Positions 35,701-49,022 of a DNA stretch of 64,000 nt are shown in pieces. The position numbers and the translations under genes are program-made. The stretch is taken from contig NW_026919438.1 in NCBI RefSeq assembly GCF_032062105.1, forward strand, positions 1 to 64,000, given 5' to 3'. The notes beneath the pieces were generated by a model. It worked only from the letters and a program-made list of their open reading frames with translations, was not told where the DNA came from and searched no databases. The DNA comes from Saccostrea cucullata (taxonomy: Eukaryota). Numbering within the stretch: the first letter of the stretch is position 1; every line of letters starts with the position of its first letter.

Positions 35701-38700
35701 CACCGCAAACGAAGTAGAGGGAGTTAATTTTGAATCAGCTTGTCCGTCTGCCTGTCTGTATGTCCGTCCATATGTAGACAAGAAATTGTCCGTACCGTTT
35801 CTCCAAAACTATTGGAAGGGTTTGTTTTAAAAAGAAATGTACATTTATTATTATTCATCCTAACTTATGAAGGTGTGCACCTGGTATTTTCAGCACGATT
35901 GGATGAATTTTAAGCAGTTTACAGGCGTTTTATCTTTTTATCCCTCCCCCTCCTGAACGAAGTTAAGGACTGCTCCATTTCAATGGGAGATAATCCATAA
36001 TTACTGAAGAATCAATGGCATTTTTCCAAAATGTTCTGTTCAAGACAAACTCTGCCAGGAATGTTATGTGCCTGAATCTTTAAAAAAAAAAGATAAAAAT
36101 AATTCACTGACAAATTGTTCCTAAGTTGAAATATGATTATGAATTCTCGGAATCAATTTTTAAAACCAGGTGGAATAACCGTCACAATTCTGTTGAGGGT
36201 TCAGAACTTATATGCAGAAATCGCATTAATATTGGTAAAAGTGTGGCATCAATAGAGATATGTTTTCCTTATATATCTCTGCTAGCCATATGTATGACAT
36301 GAAACATTCCCTGACATGCATTGAAAAAAAGGTTATTGTGTTATTTGCAATCTTATCATATGATTGTTACATGTGAAATCTAGCATGTTATATGCATTTG
36401 AAGGAAATAGATTTTTTTTTGGAAGGTGGGGGGATGTTTGAAATTTTCTGGTGCCTTTACAAAAAGTAGAAAGGTAAAATTCCAATCTTCCATGTTAGTT
36501 TAATGTTTATATTTGCCCTTTCCCCTCCAACAAAAAAGAAGAACAAGAAAGCCCAGTATTGGAGGGTTAGCGCCCAGGTGCAGGTGCTTCTCCGCTGTTC
36601 CCTCGCTTCTGTCACATGATTTTCCACGAGTTCTGGGCTGTACCCATCATCATTTTGCCTTTTGCCTTCAGAAGACTCAAGAAGATAAGGTAAGAAATTT
36701 TTTTTTATTGTCCTTTATAAAATTAAATTTACTGAATATGTACATGAATTTATCCAACATGTACCCAAATGAAATAGGATGAAATGTTATAAAGAGTACG
36801 TGCCTGAATGGAATATCCCAAAGCACAGTCACATGGATTCACTTGTGCCATATTCTTCGTGTATATTTACCAGTATGACTAAAACTACCGAGTATGGTAA
36901 TGTTCTGTTAACTTGAACTGAAAATGTGTGTTTTATATGTTTGAATAAAATTATGAATGAAGTACACGTAGCACTGAAAATTAAATTTAAACATGGCTGC
37001 CATGTTTCAAAAATGGCCGCCGATAACAGTATGATATGGGAAAGTATTGGTAGATACAGAATTTGAGAGGTAGATGTGTAATGTCCTAGTTACTGTGTTT
37101 GTAATAATACAATGCATAATGTGTTATATTAAGAATGGTCCCAAGGGAACTTGAAAGTTTGTAACAAGAATGTGGCAACTAACCCTGCAGAGAAAACTTG
37201 TTTCATGTAACACTGTAGTGCATGCTTGCTCTTTGAATTGAAATCAAAAACCTTTAATTTCATTGAAGGATAATGATATTGAAATGGTTAAAATTCTTAA
37301 TGAACTTGAAATATTTAGTAGAGGTGTTCCAGATCATCTCCTTTCCTCGTTATTTTCTGTCCTCTTTTGGACTTTTGATAATGGATAAGAATGTTATGGT
37401 AGGGAATATCAATTTCTTATAAGCCTTTGTTGACTAAAATGTTTAATGTAGACAAGAATGGAGAAAGAAATGTTTCCTAGGCATATAAACAAATTATTAT
37501 TTATTGTGCTTTTAGATATTGAAATTGGGATTGACTCCCAATATAAGAATGAAGTTTGCATCCACGTTAATTTGTACAGATTGCAAATACACACATAAAT
37601 TTTATTATACACCCGACAAACACTGTCATACTGGTTGAGGTAATGAATTTCTGGTAGAATTAGTTTTGAGAAAATGTTGGCTTCAGAACAGTGTATATTG
37701 TAATGTATCATATCCTATTGTTAGTGTTATGAATTGTTACCCTTAGAATTACCGACGGTATTATAATTTTTTTGGCAGAAACCCGATGAAATTTTTAGTT
37801 AATAGTTATAAATAAAAGTCTGAATTGTGAACAGGCGCGAACACGATTGCTAAGATGAATACATGTATATGATTAAATGCCGATTGTAAGAGTTATTGTT
37901 TTATATTATTTCTCTACTGTAGTAACTCAATATGAAATTAATAACATAAGACTGCGTATTTCCCCGTGAAGAGACTCCTTCCCTCATCTGAGGATTACTC
38001 CCTGAGAAAGCGCTACTCACTGGAAGTACTCTCTCATGAATATTTATTAGTGCTTTTAACCAATCAAAGTGTTAATTGGGCGGAGCGTTCCCGGAATCTC
38101 GAGTGTGTGACTTCATCATTGTTGCGCCGTTTTCTCTTTGTGACGCAAACTGCAGAAATTATAAAAAATAAGGTAAAAGTAGCTACTTTGGCTAGCTTTA
38201 AATACTTGTACCTAGTTAGCTATTAATTGCTACGTAGGTAGAAATAGTCTTTGGGCTAAACCTGATTAATGCTGAAGACTTGCCATGGATTGAAAGTAAC
38301 ATTCAATCTTTGCTAGATTAATAAATAACTTAAAGAGAAGATCTTTTATGAGCCGTTTGAATTAATTTCAGTCTAGAAAGACGCAACAACCTGCGCCTCC
38401 CTTCAGAATTCAATGAACTCTTCCAAAGATGTTGACGGCCGTTGTCTTGGCTTATTTATATTCACACGCTAAGGACAGCTCGGTTTCCCTTTGATTTAAA
38501 ACTGTTGCGTAACAGTGCGCGCAGCTTTACTTGCGAGATAAATATAGCCCAGGTCAACACACGGTCATGAGAGTATCGCGTGTGATTTGAAGTGAGGCTG
38601 AATTCTGCTAAGTTTTAAAACTATCGCAAGTGTTATATTGAAAATCGGAAATAAAAAGAAATTAGAAAAAAAATCAAAATTTAAGTTAACTGTCACTCTG

Positions 38701-39389
38701 AAGAGAATGTAAGATACAGTTAAAAAGAAAATCCCACCAACGCCAAGGCTCAAGTATTGAAAGGAAAAAAAAAAGAAGTAAATCCCTGACAGCAATGACT
38801 ATACTTATCAGAAAGGTTTTAACTCGTCAAACGAAGATAGACTTTAATGTAAACTGATGTGTTAGATCCTGAACGAATTAATATGACAATTTTAATATAT
38901 TTCCCACGTATTAAATCCAAACAATGTTTATTCTAACATGTATCTGTATCCCTGCTGACTGTAAAAGAAATATTCGAAATAAACTGTACTGCGCGAGGTT
39001 ATTATTACTATATCTTGAAAAGGCAGTATTATATACTGTTGGAAGGCCTAAGACGGATTAAAGACCTGCCAGACCCCCCCCCCCCCCGGTCCCTTCCCCT
39101 GTTAAAAAAAAATAATATCAAAAAGTTATATGTTCAGTAGCAGGGATTTATACTAGTATATAGGTCCGGCACTCCTTGTTCATTAGCCTGAAATCATGGA
39201 AAGCACTGTATTGTTTAAAAACCTGTGATCCATCACCCCCAAAATCATCACCTTTCGTAAGACCTACTTGCATGAGTCTTCAATACAGCATACAGACCCC
39301 CCCTCCCCCCTGAGATCGAAATCGAAAACTTACTTCTGAAAAACCCAGCGGGGGGTATTTTGTCCCGATTGGACAGTTCTAGTTGTATC

Positions 39390-39917
39390 AAACACGAATT
39401 ATAAAATTTCTTCCAGTGACCTTGGACTTCCCCAAATGACCTTGGGTCAAGGTCATGACACATCCTTGGGTCATAGGCAATCTTTGAGTGAAATAAAAAC
39501 CTACCAAGCTTATCAATAAAAAAGATGTGGACCGGACACGAATTATGAAATTTTCTTCCAGTGACCTTGAACTTCCCCACATGACCTTGGGTCAAGGTCA
39601 TGACACACCCTTGGGTCATGGGCAATCTGTGTGTGAAATGAGAACCTACCAAGTTTATCCATAAGAAAGACATGGACCGGACACGAATTATGAAATTTTT
39701 CTTCCAGTGACCTTGAACTTTCCCAAATGACCTTGGGTCAAGGTCGTGACACACCCTTAGGTTATGAGCAATCTTAGTGTGGAGTAGTAGATTCTAATGT
39801 CCCTCTGCAAGAAAGATATGGACCGGACACGATTGCACAGACAGACGGACAGACAGACGGACAATGTGATTCCTGTATACCCCCCCCCCCCCAAACTTCG
39901 TTTGCAGGGGGTATAAT
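39390..39917 (-). repeat. HINE-like element 5' part with ~146-bp tandem units
   Basis: ATGACCTTGGGTCAAGGTC at ~39436, 39581 and 39728; (GACA/GACG)n and ATACCCCC-aaacttcgttt-GCAGGGGGTAT hairpin. Confidence 0.75.
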
Positions 39918-41539
39918 GAACTGTACCATCGGGCTCGACCTCCTATACTTTAGTACTGCCATGTTTAAACATTTCATCAGTCAAGGCAATAAACTTTTAA
40001 TATTGAACTAAGAACAACTTAAAATACAAGAAAACATGATGCCATTTAGAAATAGATGGAAAGTCTACTACGGAAGACCAATGAAAGTTCCTGACACAAT
40101 AAGTAAGCCGAAATACCACCTTTGGATAGCTTTGATCAGCTGATTACTGGTACTACCAGAGTACGAGAGAGTACTTTAGAGTACGCTAGAAAAATTGTAT
40201 TACTCGTAATCAATTTTAAATTGTCATATAGCTGCAGATCTGCAGCTCTCCGAAAAAAATGTGTATTGATAGACCGGAGAGCTACAGTGCCACCCATTGA
40301 AAGAACTGTATATTTATTGCGCACAAAAAAGTGCGCTCGATTCTTGATTTATTCTTCCAAATCCTTACCTCAATTGCAAAACATGGAAGAAATTAATAGG
40401 ACTTAATTGTGAATTAGAATCATAAGAATAAGATAGACAATGTAAATTAATGTACTTACTTTTTTTAGATCACCTCAGCCGAAGGCCCCATAGTATCTTT
40501 GGGTGAAGTGGATTCAAGTTTGTTTAAGTGAAGGGCCACGCCCTTATTCAAGGGGAGATAATTGAAATATAGAGAAAATTAGGTGGTATTTGGTGGTAAC
40601 TTATAGTTAAGCAACCTCAGGTAGTGAAGATTCCATTTTGTCCAATTCATGATCTTGGGGTAAGGCAGGGCCACAATGGACGACCAAAGTGTATCATAGA
40701 AATGTGAAGGATTTTTTTTTTTTTTACATATAGTCTTTTTGAGAGCCACTGTGGCAGGAAAGATGAGATTTATACATGTAGGGAAGCATCCTTAGGTAGT
40801 GTAGATTCAGCTTTGTTGAAATAATGACCCTTGTTGGGAGTGTTTATGGCTATTTTTTGGAACAGTGTTTGTGAATAATCAGGCAGTTCGCCACCCAAAA
40901 AAAAAAAAAAAAAAAAAACTGGACCAAAGTTCGTGACACTAACATGGATTTCTTTTTGAAGATCTATTACACAGATTTAATGTTAGCACCTCTGTAAATC
41001 TGACATGGGTTCAGTTTTATCATATTAAAGATTTCACCTGTTCAAAAGTATAAGATGTATAATAGATTGTAGAAAGTATTTTTCCATAATCTAGAGACTT
41101 TAACTTGGTGAAAATATTCTTCGTGCAAGAGTTACATTACATATAAACTTTAGGTTGTAATAGCTGTCTGTAGAATCTCGGGAGGGAGAAGTGACGAGAG
41201 ATTCAAACGATGGAGGTAAGGGCTATTTAATGCTTATTGATATTAGTGGACATGTAAACTCCACGTTAATGATGGTTTTACATTGTAGAGAAGGTAAAAG
41301 GATGACATATTGAGATAAGACTTGAGAAAATGGAATCGGCAATGAAAGAAGTGACATGGAATACAGATAAAGAGGCGAAACTGATATTAAAGAACATTTC
41401 TATTTTGGCTAGCAGGCCCACGTTGACACTACAGTTATGTTAACTGCGGTTGAATCATTAATGTAGATTGCAATTTCATCTGGCCATATTTAAAGAGGCT
41501 AATTACTATGCTAAGGATTTGCAAACCTGTAAGAAATTT

Positions 41540-41720
41540 GAAAGAAGCATATGGAGATACGAACAGTATTCAAAATCAAAGTCCAAAATAGTACAAAATA
41601 GGAGCAGAGCAAACACGGACCTCAAAGGTGGGATCAGGTCAAGAAGGAGTAAACATCCCTGCTGACCTGTCACATCCGATGTGTGCTGCTTGTCAATGTC
41701 ATGATCGGGAAATAACTGAA
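41540..41720 (-). repeat. Dispersed structured repeat, copy 2 (diverged)
   Basis: AGAGCAAACACGGACCTC...GGTGGGATCAGGT...GGAGTAAACATCCCCTGCTGACC. Confidence 0.65.
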
Positions 41721-42574
41721 ATTCTGACCTCAATTAAGTGTATAAATAATGGACTAACAATTAGTATGAAAAACGTTAGTAAGCGTTTGTCTCAATGATA
41801 AATGTATTTGCTGACAAGGTCATTGTATCGACCACAAAATTGACGAAATGATGATTATCGATGAAGGGACCCCCTTTAGGTTGAAAAGAGGTTGTGCAGT
41901 GACCCTTTCACTTTCTGGTTCAGCGGAGGTTTGATTGCATGGACATACACTTATTCTTCCCAATCCTGACATCTGGAATAACACGAGATATTTGTAAAAT
42001 ACTTATGCTCCCCTCCCCCCAAATTGGAATTTTTCCAAGTCAAAGGGGCAAAACTCTGTCAAAAATGGCATGATTGTACCCAAAACAGAAGTTGACCTAA
42101 ATATTCATCTGATAAATCTGTATACTAAATTTCATCTCCGCATGTGCAATGGTTGTGAAGAAAATGAACGGAAACTGCAAATAATTGGAATTTTTGTAAG
42201 TCCAAAGGGCATAACGCTGTCAAAAATGGTACAATCATACCTAAAACAGAACTTGACCTAGATATTAATGTGATTTATCTATACAAAATTTCAATCACTT
42301 TGAAAAAAATATAATTGATTTGGATCTGTTATTACTAAATGTATTGAGCACTATTCTGAAATTTAATGTTGTAACTCATTGGATATAATATTTAAAAGTG
42401 AAATGTTACTGTGCATTTTAATATGTACATTTTATTTTTTGTTTTAATTAAAAACATACAAACTGTTCTTATCGTGGTCACCACGACGCCCTACCAGGGC
42501 CCAGAATCTGTTTGTCTAAAACAAATAAATAATTTACTATCACTTAATTAAATATCACTAGTCTTTTGACTGTA

Positions 42575-43360
42575 ATGTTTAAAAACGGAGAAAATGGTGC
42601 ATTACATTGGGGACAGTTGAAAAAAAACTTTCCCTTAGGTTTGAAACACCTGCACATTTCAGATGGAACCATTGCTGACATGATGGAGTGTCGCAAGCGA
42701 TCATATTGTCAAAGATGCTTGGCAGATTGCACTGTGCAGCACAATCAAGTAGAATTGTTTGTACTTTGCCTTTATTTGGTGAGACTCAGTCTTTTCTTTT
42801 GACATGGGTTTCTGGGCAATGGCGTGAAATTCTTTTCTTCAATTCATTTCACCAAATGACTTCTCATGTTATCGACATCATAGTTAATTGGCTGATCGCT
42901 GTTACCTGTGAAACAAAACTGTCAAATTCGCAATGGCATACACCCCACAATCCACTCCATTCTGCTGTTGTTTAAATTCTGCTACTGGCACTTTGATAGT
43001 TTTTCCCCATCTCCATATACTCCTAGTATTTTACCAAGCTGGATTTGTGTCGGCTGTGAAATGTAATCTTTATTTTTGTTACAACTGTCTGATATACTGA
43101 TGGTTTCATCACCCTCACGTTGAGTACTGGCAATCCAATGACTGTAGCCAGTGTAATGTATTTGTGCCACTGGATATTTCATGGGCTTCATCTGAAGCTT
43201 GTATTCCAATTTATCTTTTTTAAGCACTGGGGCATATCCTGTATGCTGAAATCCTTGGATATTTGAAAATTGTTGCTGCAGGATTTCTTAATAGAAATTG
43301 ATGATGTCACTGCACAACATGTAGTTATTCAGAATGTCATTTTTATGTTCCATCATAAGT
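42575..43360 (-). pseudogene. Ulp1/C48-type cysteine protease followed by a PHD finger (transposon cargo-type), degraded
   Basis: Minus-strand translation: QIHYTGYSHW...DS, QQQNGVDCGVYAIAN, YDVDNMRSHL, then CAAQC...MIACDTPSCQQWFHLKC...CPQC; stops and frameshifts present. Confidence 0.75.
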
Positions 43361-43793
43361 ATTTGTTTCCCATTTTCTGTCCATTTAATTCTTTCCTCGT
43401 CAGTTTCATTTTCGCATAGTGTTTGAACAACATCTTCCTCTATTTGAATTTGTTTGGGTTAATCTTTTTTGTATTCCACATCATCCACAAACTTGGTTTT
43501 TTTTCTTGCTGTTGCTTTCTCATCTGTTCGTTTTCTTTTCATAATAGATGCAGGCTTCACATCTGTTAGAGGCAGTGTGGGCAATTGAGAATCCATACAT
43601 TCTTCCCATTCTGCATTTCTTTTCACAGCTGAATCTGAGCCAGCTATTACTGAAATATCTTGGTAACAATCCTGCTTTCTTGTTGGCTCTTTTCCTGCTG
43701 TTCTTTCTCAATTGTGTTAAATTGAATTCCAGTTTTTCTTCTGTCTTCTTCCCCAATGCTCATTTTGACCGCCAAGATTGATAACAAGTACCA

Positions 43794-43992
43794 AGAAGGA
43801 TATGGAAATAACGAACAGTATTCAATCTCAACGTCCATTAAACAAATATACAAAATAAGAGTAGAGCAAACACGGACCTCCGAAACATCAGAGGTGGGAT
43901 CAGGTGCCATGGAGGAGTGAGCATCCCCTGCCGACCGGTCACACCCGCCGTGTGCTCGTTGTCATAATCAGGAAATAACGGAAAAAATCCGT
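43794..43992 (-). repeat. Dispersed structured repeat, copy 3
   Basis: Near-identical reverse complement of 47236-47434. Confidence 0.8.
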
Positions 43993-44156
43993 TTCATTAA
44001 ATTTCACTCAGTAGTATGAGAGGAGTTGTGGATAAGAGAAAAAGCGTAACAGACGGACGGACGGACGTACAGACGGACGGACGGACGGAATTAACGATTA
44101 CTATATACCCTCCCGCTTTTCAAGCGGGGGGGGGGGGTATAATAAAGGCAAGTCAC

Positions 44157-46282
44157 TGTAGCGAATTATTACGTAACAATGATTTGTTTATATAACATTG
44201 CTCCTCGCGAGCAATGGGTGTTTTGTTTACATTGCATTGCTCCTCGCGAACAATGGGTTTTATGTATAAATATGTGAGGAAAGTGAACTATATTTTGTGC
44301 ACAATCTTGCGAGAGAAGTTACAGGAAAATTTTCGCTAAGACAAAAACATTATTATGACAGAAATGTTCGTAATGTGAATTAAGACATTGGAGATAAAGT
44401 GAGGCGAAAGCAACGCCAAATTATTACAGAGACGAAAGCAAAACTAGCAAGAAACTGGACAGGGCCATGGTTTATTGTGTTAAGACTGAGCAGTCGCAAC
44501 CCGTCATAGTGCACGCCGACAACATCAAACCCTAGCGCGGAGATCAACAGCAGCCCCACTACACAACCAGCGAGACAGCGGAATACACGGGTGGCGAGAC
44601 ACCAGATGGTCAACAACTGCACTCGTCTGGACCAGGCCGGCGGCGTTTCAAGTTACCGCTAGCTCCACCCCCGAGAACAGACAATTCGGAAGCTGACCAA
44701 TCAGAACCAATAATGAAGATGACCCGAAGAGGACGGACTATAAGAAGCCCCATCCGTTTCAGAAATTAAAACATTCGACAAATGTTGTGCGAGACTTGCG
44801 GAAAGACATTCAGCACAAGCAGTAATCTTCGCCAGCATACCAGAGAGAAACGTAGTGATCATGTAAATAGTTTACTGTGTAGTTATTGCCAGAGACCCTT
44901 TTTGCGAAAATTTAATTTGAAAAGACACTTGACTTCAGTTCACAAACTGAATAGTAAACATTTAGAAGCAGCCATGTCCTCAAAGCGGAGACGAGTCGAG
45001 CGTGATGTCTTCTTTGAAACCAGGAAACCGGTGTACGTTATGAGTGACTTTTATGAGGACATTATCTCCGATGAGGAAGAGATGCATTATGCTGAGACTG
45101 CGCAGCAACTCGTTAGGGATTCATATCTGGACTTAGACATCATCTAAGTGAATTCGTAAGACTTGCCGAAAGTAGATGACACTTTTGTTAGTGAAATTCT
45201 CGGCGACATAGAAGAGGAAGAAACGTGTGTGCGACCAACAAAAGAATCTCTCGAGTCACCAGACGTGAGCGAAGCCGCGAATTCGTCATCAGAGGACGGT
45301 ATTATGCATAATATGGACGATAACAACAATTGCATAAGTGTCGATAACCATATGCCTGGTGATGAGGAAGACGATTCGGACTAATCCTGACGGTTCCGAG
45401 GAATCGCGAATCTAAAATTATCAACTCAGAGAACGTGAACCCAGAGGAGTAGAATTTCTTGATCTTGCCGATGAGATTCTGAATGAGGTTCCGCGACACC
45501 TAGCGCTGAATGCCCGCGTGTGGGTAGTAAAGGGAGATTTGTCCTTGTGAACAATGTATATTCGTGAAACAAATTTGAGGCCATACTGAAAAAGTTGTGA
45601 ACTCTAACAAAAGACTTGTGGTCTATTAACAAGCTTTTATGTATATAATATTTAATTATTTTGACTTTGATTTTTATTATGTTTTAATGTCATGTTTGTA
45701 AATATTTTTTTTTTTGTGTGCTTTATTTGTCCGAAGGTGATTTATTGTTTACGTAGACTAGGTTTGCTAGGTGTAAGTTAACATGTTCACTGTTTCAACA
45801 AAATAATTTTATTATGGATTGTGTAGTAAAAATTAACTGATTTAGAAAGAAATAATTGTTTATATATAGCTAACGTTTAATTGTTTATGTATTTCCTTTA
45901 AATTTTACCATCATGTTTAACTTCAAAAAAATAATTTTAGTTGTATATTGTTTAATCATTTTGAACGGAGTTTAAAACTTAAGTGGGGGGGAGTTGTAGC
46001 GAATTACAAAGTAACAATGATTTGTTTATATAACATTGCTTCTCGCGAGCAATGGGTTTTATGTATAAATATAGGAGCCATTTTAGAAAGTCAGTCAGTC
46101 AGTTTTTGATATTCATTACGATCACTTCGGACAATTTTTATTTGGATTTGTTATATACTTACTGTGTTTATGTTATTGTGGATTTTAAAATGTGAATAAA
46201 CTGTAAACTTGATTACTTGCGTATCACTTCAAGAATATTCATTGGGAGAAAAGGAAAACACTGAGAGTTATTCCCCTTAGAC
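44157..46282 (+). mobile_element. Internally deleted derivative of the same Gypsy family (partial 5' LTR, integrase tail, ORF3, PPT, 3' LTR)
   Basis: LTR start at 44157 joins pol position ~16687 at AATAT (~44269-44273); ORF3 homologue; 3' UTR closely matches 18030-18457; 3' LTR 45995-46282. Confidence 0.93.
44782..45549 (+). pseudogene. ORF3 homologue (C2H2 x2 plus acidic region), with stops and frameshifts
   Basis: MLCETCGKTF...CSYCQRPFLRKFNLKRHLTSVH; from ETRKPVY onward near-identical to 17484-18030; stop at 45145-45147. Confidence 0.85.
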
Positions 46283-46915
46283 TCATCTGACTAATCTGTA
46301 TACTAAATTCCATTTCAATATGTGCAACCTCTCCAAAGAAAATGAACGGAAAGTGCAAAAATATGGATTTTTTTCTAAGTCCAAGGGGCATAACTCTGTC
46401 AATTATGGTGCGATCATACCTAAAACAGAACTTGACCTAGATATTCATCTGACTAATCTGTATACTAAATTCCATTTTAATATGTGCAACTTCTTTAAAG
46501 AAAATGAGCGGAAACTGCAAATAATTGGAATTTTTCTAAGTCCAAGGGGCATAACTCTGTCAATTATGGTGTGATCGTACCCAAAACAAAACTTGACCTA
46601 GATATTCTTCTGACTAATCTGTATACTAAATTCCATTTCAATATGTGTAACCTCTCCAAAGAAAATGAGCGGAAACTGCAAACAATTGGAATTTTTTTAA
46701 GTCCAAGGGGCATAACTCTGTCAATTATGGTGCGACCGTACCCGAAACAGAACTTGACCTAGATATTCATGTGATATACTTGTATACCAAATTTCATATC
46801 AGTATGTGCAATGGTCATGAAGAAAATGAGCGGAAACTAAATGGACCGACAGACCGACCGACCGACAGACAGCAGCAAAGCAATATGCCCTCCCTTCCTC
46901 GAAGGGGGGCATAAT
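46283..46915 (-). repeat. HINE-like element with ~163-bp tandem units (same family at 41980-42290)
   Basis: AAGTCCAAGGGGCATAACTCTGTC recurs at ~46377, 46538 and 46699; (GACC/GACA)n and ATGCCCTCCCTTC-ctc-GAAGGGGGGCAT hairpin. Confidence 0.7.
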
Positions 46916-47235
46916 CAACATTTTATAGATATGTATATGTATATCTCTCCTTCCTTTGTAATATCTGGCTGGGAGTTAGGACCTGCAATGGGTGAATTCT
47001 TGATATAACATATACAGTAATATTGCAGTATACCCCGGGTCCAGCATTATCTCCTCCCAGAAGCTCCCGAAGGAACTCGGACACATATATGAAAGAAGAG
47101 TGATGGATGTTGAACACAAAATAAGGAAAAACATGTACTTAGTTGTCACCGTTAGGTATCCATACATGTTATACTATACCTGATTGAATCAATATGCTGT
47201 CTTTTTAATAAAAATATCTGAACACTGAATTGACC

Positions 47236-47434
47236 ACGGATTTTTTCCGTTATTTCCTGATTATGACAACGAGCACACGGCGGGTGTGACCGCTCGGCAG
47301 GGGATGCTCACTCCTCCATGGCACCTGATCAAACCTCTGATGTTTTGGAGGTCCGTGTTTGCTCTGTTCTTATTTTGTATATTTGTTTATTGGACGTTAA
47401 GATTGAATACTGTTCGTTATTTCCATATCCTTCT
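47236..47434 (+). repeat. Dispersed structured repeat, copy 4
   Basis: GAGCACACGGCGGGTGTGACC...GCACCTGATC...CCGTGTTTGCTC. Confidence 0.8.
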
Positions 47435-48747
47435 GATTTAACTTTCTTTGGCTACTTCTAAGATTCCCCCCACTATTTAACCCATACAGCATAACAATTC
47501 AATTTTTCCAGTCCGAAGAGATCACAAGTACATCATGATTATATAACATTCATTTATTCATAAAGACCTCGTACCTACATTTTCTTTTTCAGGTGACAAA
47601 CATTATAGTAAACTATTCCGGAATCTTCAGGTTTTTCCCGGGTGATTGGATCCTGTTTTAATGACCTAGTTTTTCTTTAAACATGTAATTTGTTACGTGA
47701 ATATTACAATAACCAATGAAGAAATATTAATTTTTAGTTAATATGCATTCTTAAACACCAGAATTATTCATAACTTTATGGACTTAAAGCAGCATATGTT
47801 TGAAAACGTAGATTTGTGAACTTGGGAAGCTGCCTACCCATTTTACCAACTTGAAAATCAAAAAATCGCCGATAAAATCTATAATATAAAGCATTTAATG
47901 GCAGTTTTTAGCAGCGAATATAATCATCATGTATTAAATACATTCTGAAAAATTCAGCTGGATCGATAGAGTATGAAGACAGAAGTCTGAAAAATCTCGA
48001 TCTGCCCCGGCTTTTAATTTGCCCCGGCCCGGGTTTGCCAACCCATTTTACCAACACTCATTCAAGCCAATATTTTCTCAATAATCATTTGTTGTAGGTT
48101 TTAATAAAAATAAGTAAATGATATTATTTCATTGTACATGTAGGTTATAAATTGCGGTACATTACAGGCCGAGTATTTTACGTTCGCCTTCACTTTGGTG
48201 CATGTAATAATAGGAGAAATAGCTCGTTCTTCACATGACTCGTGATTGCCGATGCATTGTTCATGGATGTGTTCCCAACCTGTGATATAATTTTTCTATA
48301 AATTTATCGTTTTTAAAGTATTTGTTATCAAGTGATACTCTGTATATATTAATCAACGATATATTTATAAACTGTAAACGTTTTGACTTTACACCACGGC
48401 TTAGTTTTGGAGCTATTGTAAAAATATTTTTTGGACATACTGACCTTTAACGAAACTTTAAAAACGTTCAAACATTGCCTTTAGCAAAGCCTGATTTTCC
48501 CTCTCTAGCGACCCCGTGGGGATTCGGGTAAGAATAGGTTCTCAGTACCCTAACTTCTGAAAAGGAAAATCCTGAAATATGTCAACCCATCCGATAATTT
48601 TTTTAGTGTCTCATCTTAATATATTTGCTTCAAAATATTTCATGTACTGCTGCAAATCATGGAAATTAGAATCAGTCTATGAACAATAGTGTAGCCTTCC
48701 TAGGGAGGACCACAGGTGATAATTATCAGTACAAGTTATAGTTGAAG

Positions 48748-48846
48748 TACATTTTATCTCGTGTATCATGGATAATCAAGGGGGCGGTGACGAAGCAAAC
48801 GAGTCTCCGCCCCCTTGATTATCCATGATTCACGAGATAAAATGTA
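48748..48846. repeat. Long hairpin (40-bp arms, 1 mismatch, CGAAGC-containing loop)
   Basis: 48748-48787 pairs with 48807-48846; architecture resembles 31160-31254. Confidence 0.85.
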
Positions 48847-49022
48847 ATTTAAAGGCCGGCTCTGACCTAGTTTAATATCCACACGGACAGCAATTAAGCC
48901 TTTTATGGAGCTGGTCACACCTCCAACTGATTAGACTGCAGAGTGAAGCTATAAATAGATACGTGCATAGAACATAAACGTGTTACACAGAAAGTAGAGA
49001 TAAAACTCTGCACATGGTTTTA

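Noticed and set aside
47784-48660. Possible non-autonomous Kolobok starting TTAA-AGCAGCA
   Set aside because: No convincing matching right terminus with TTAA.
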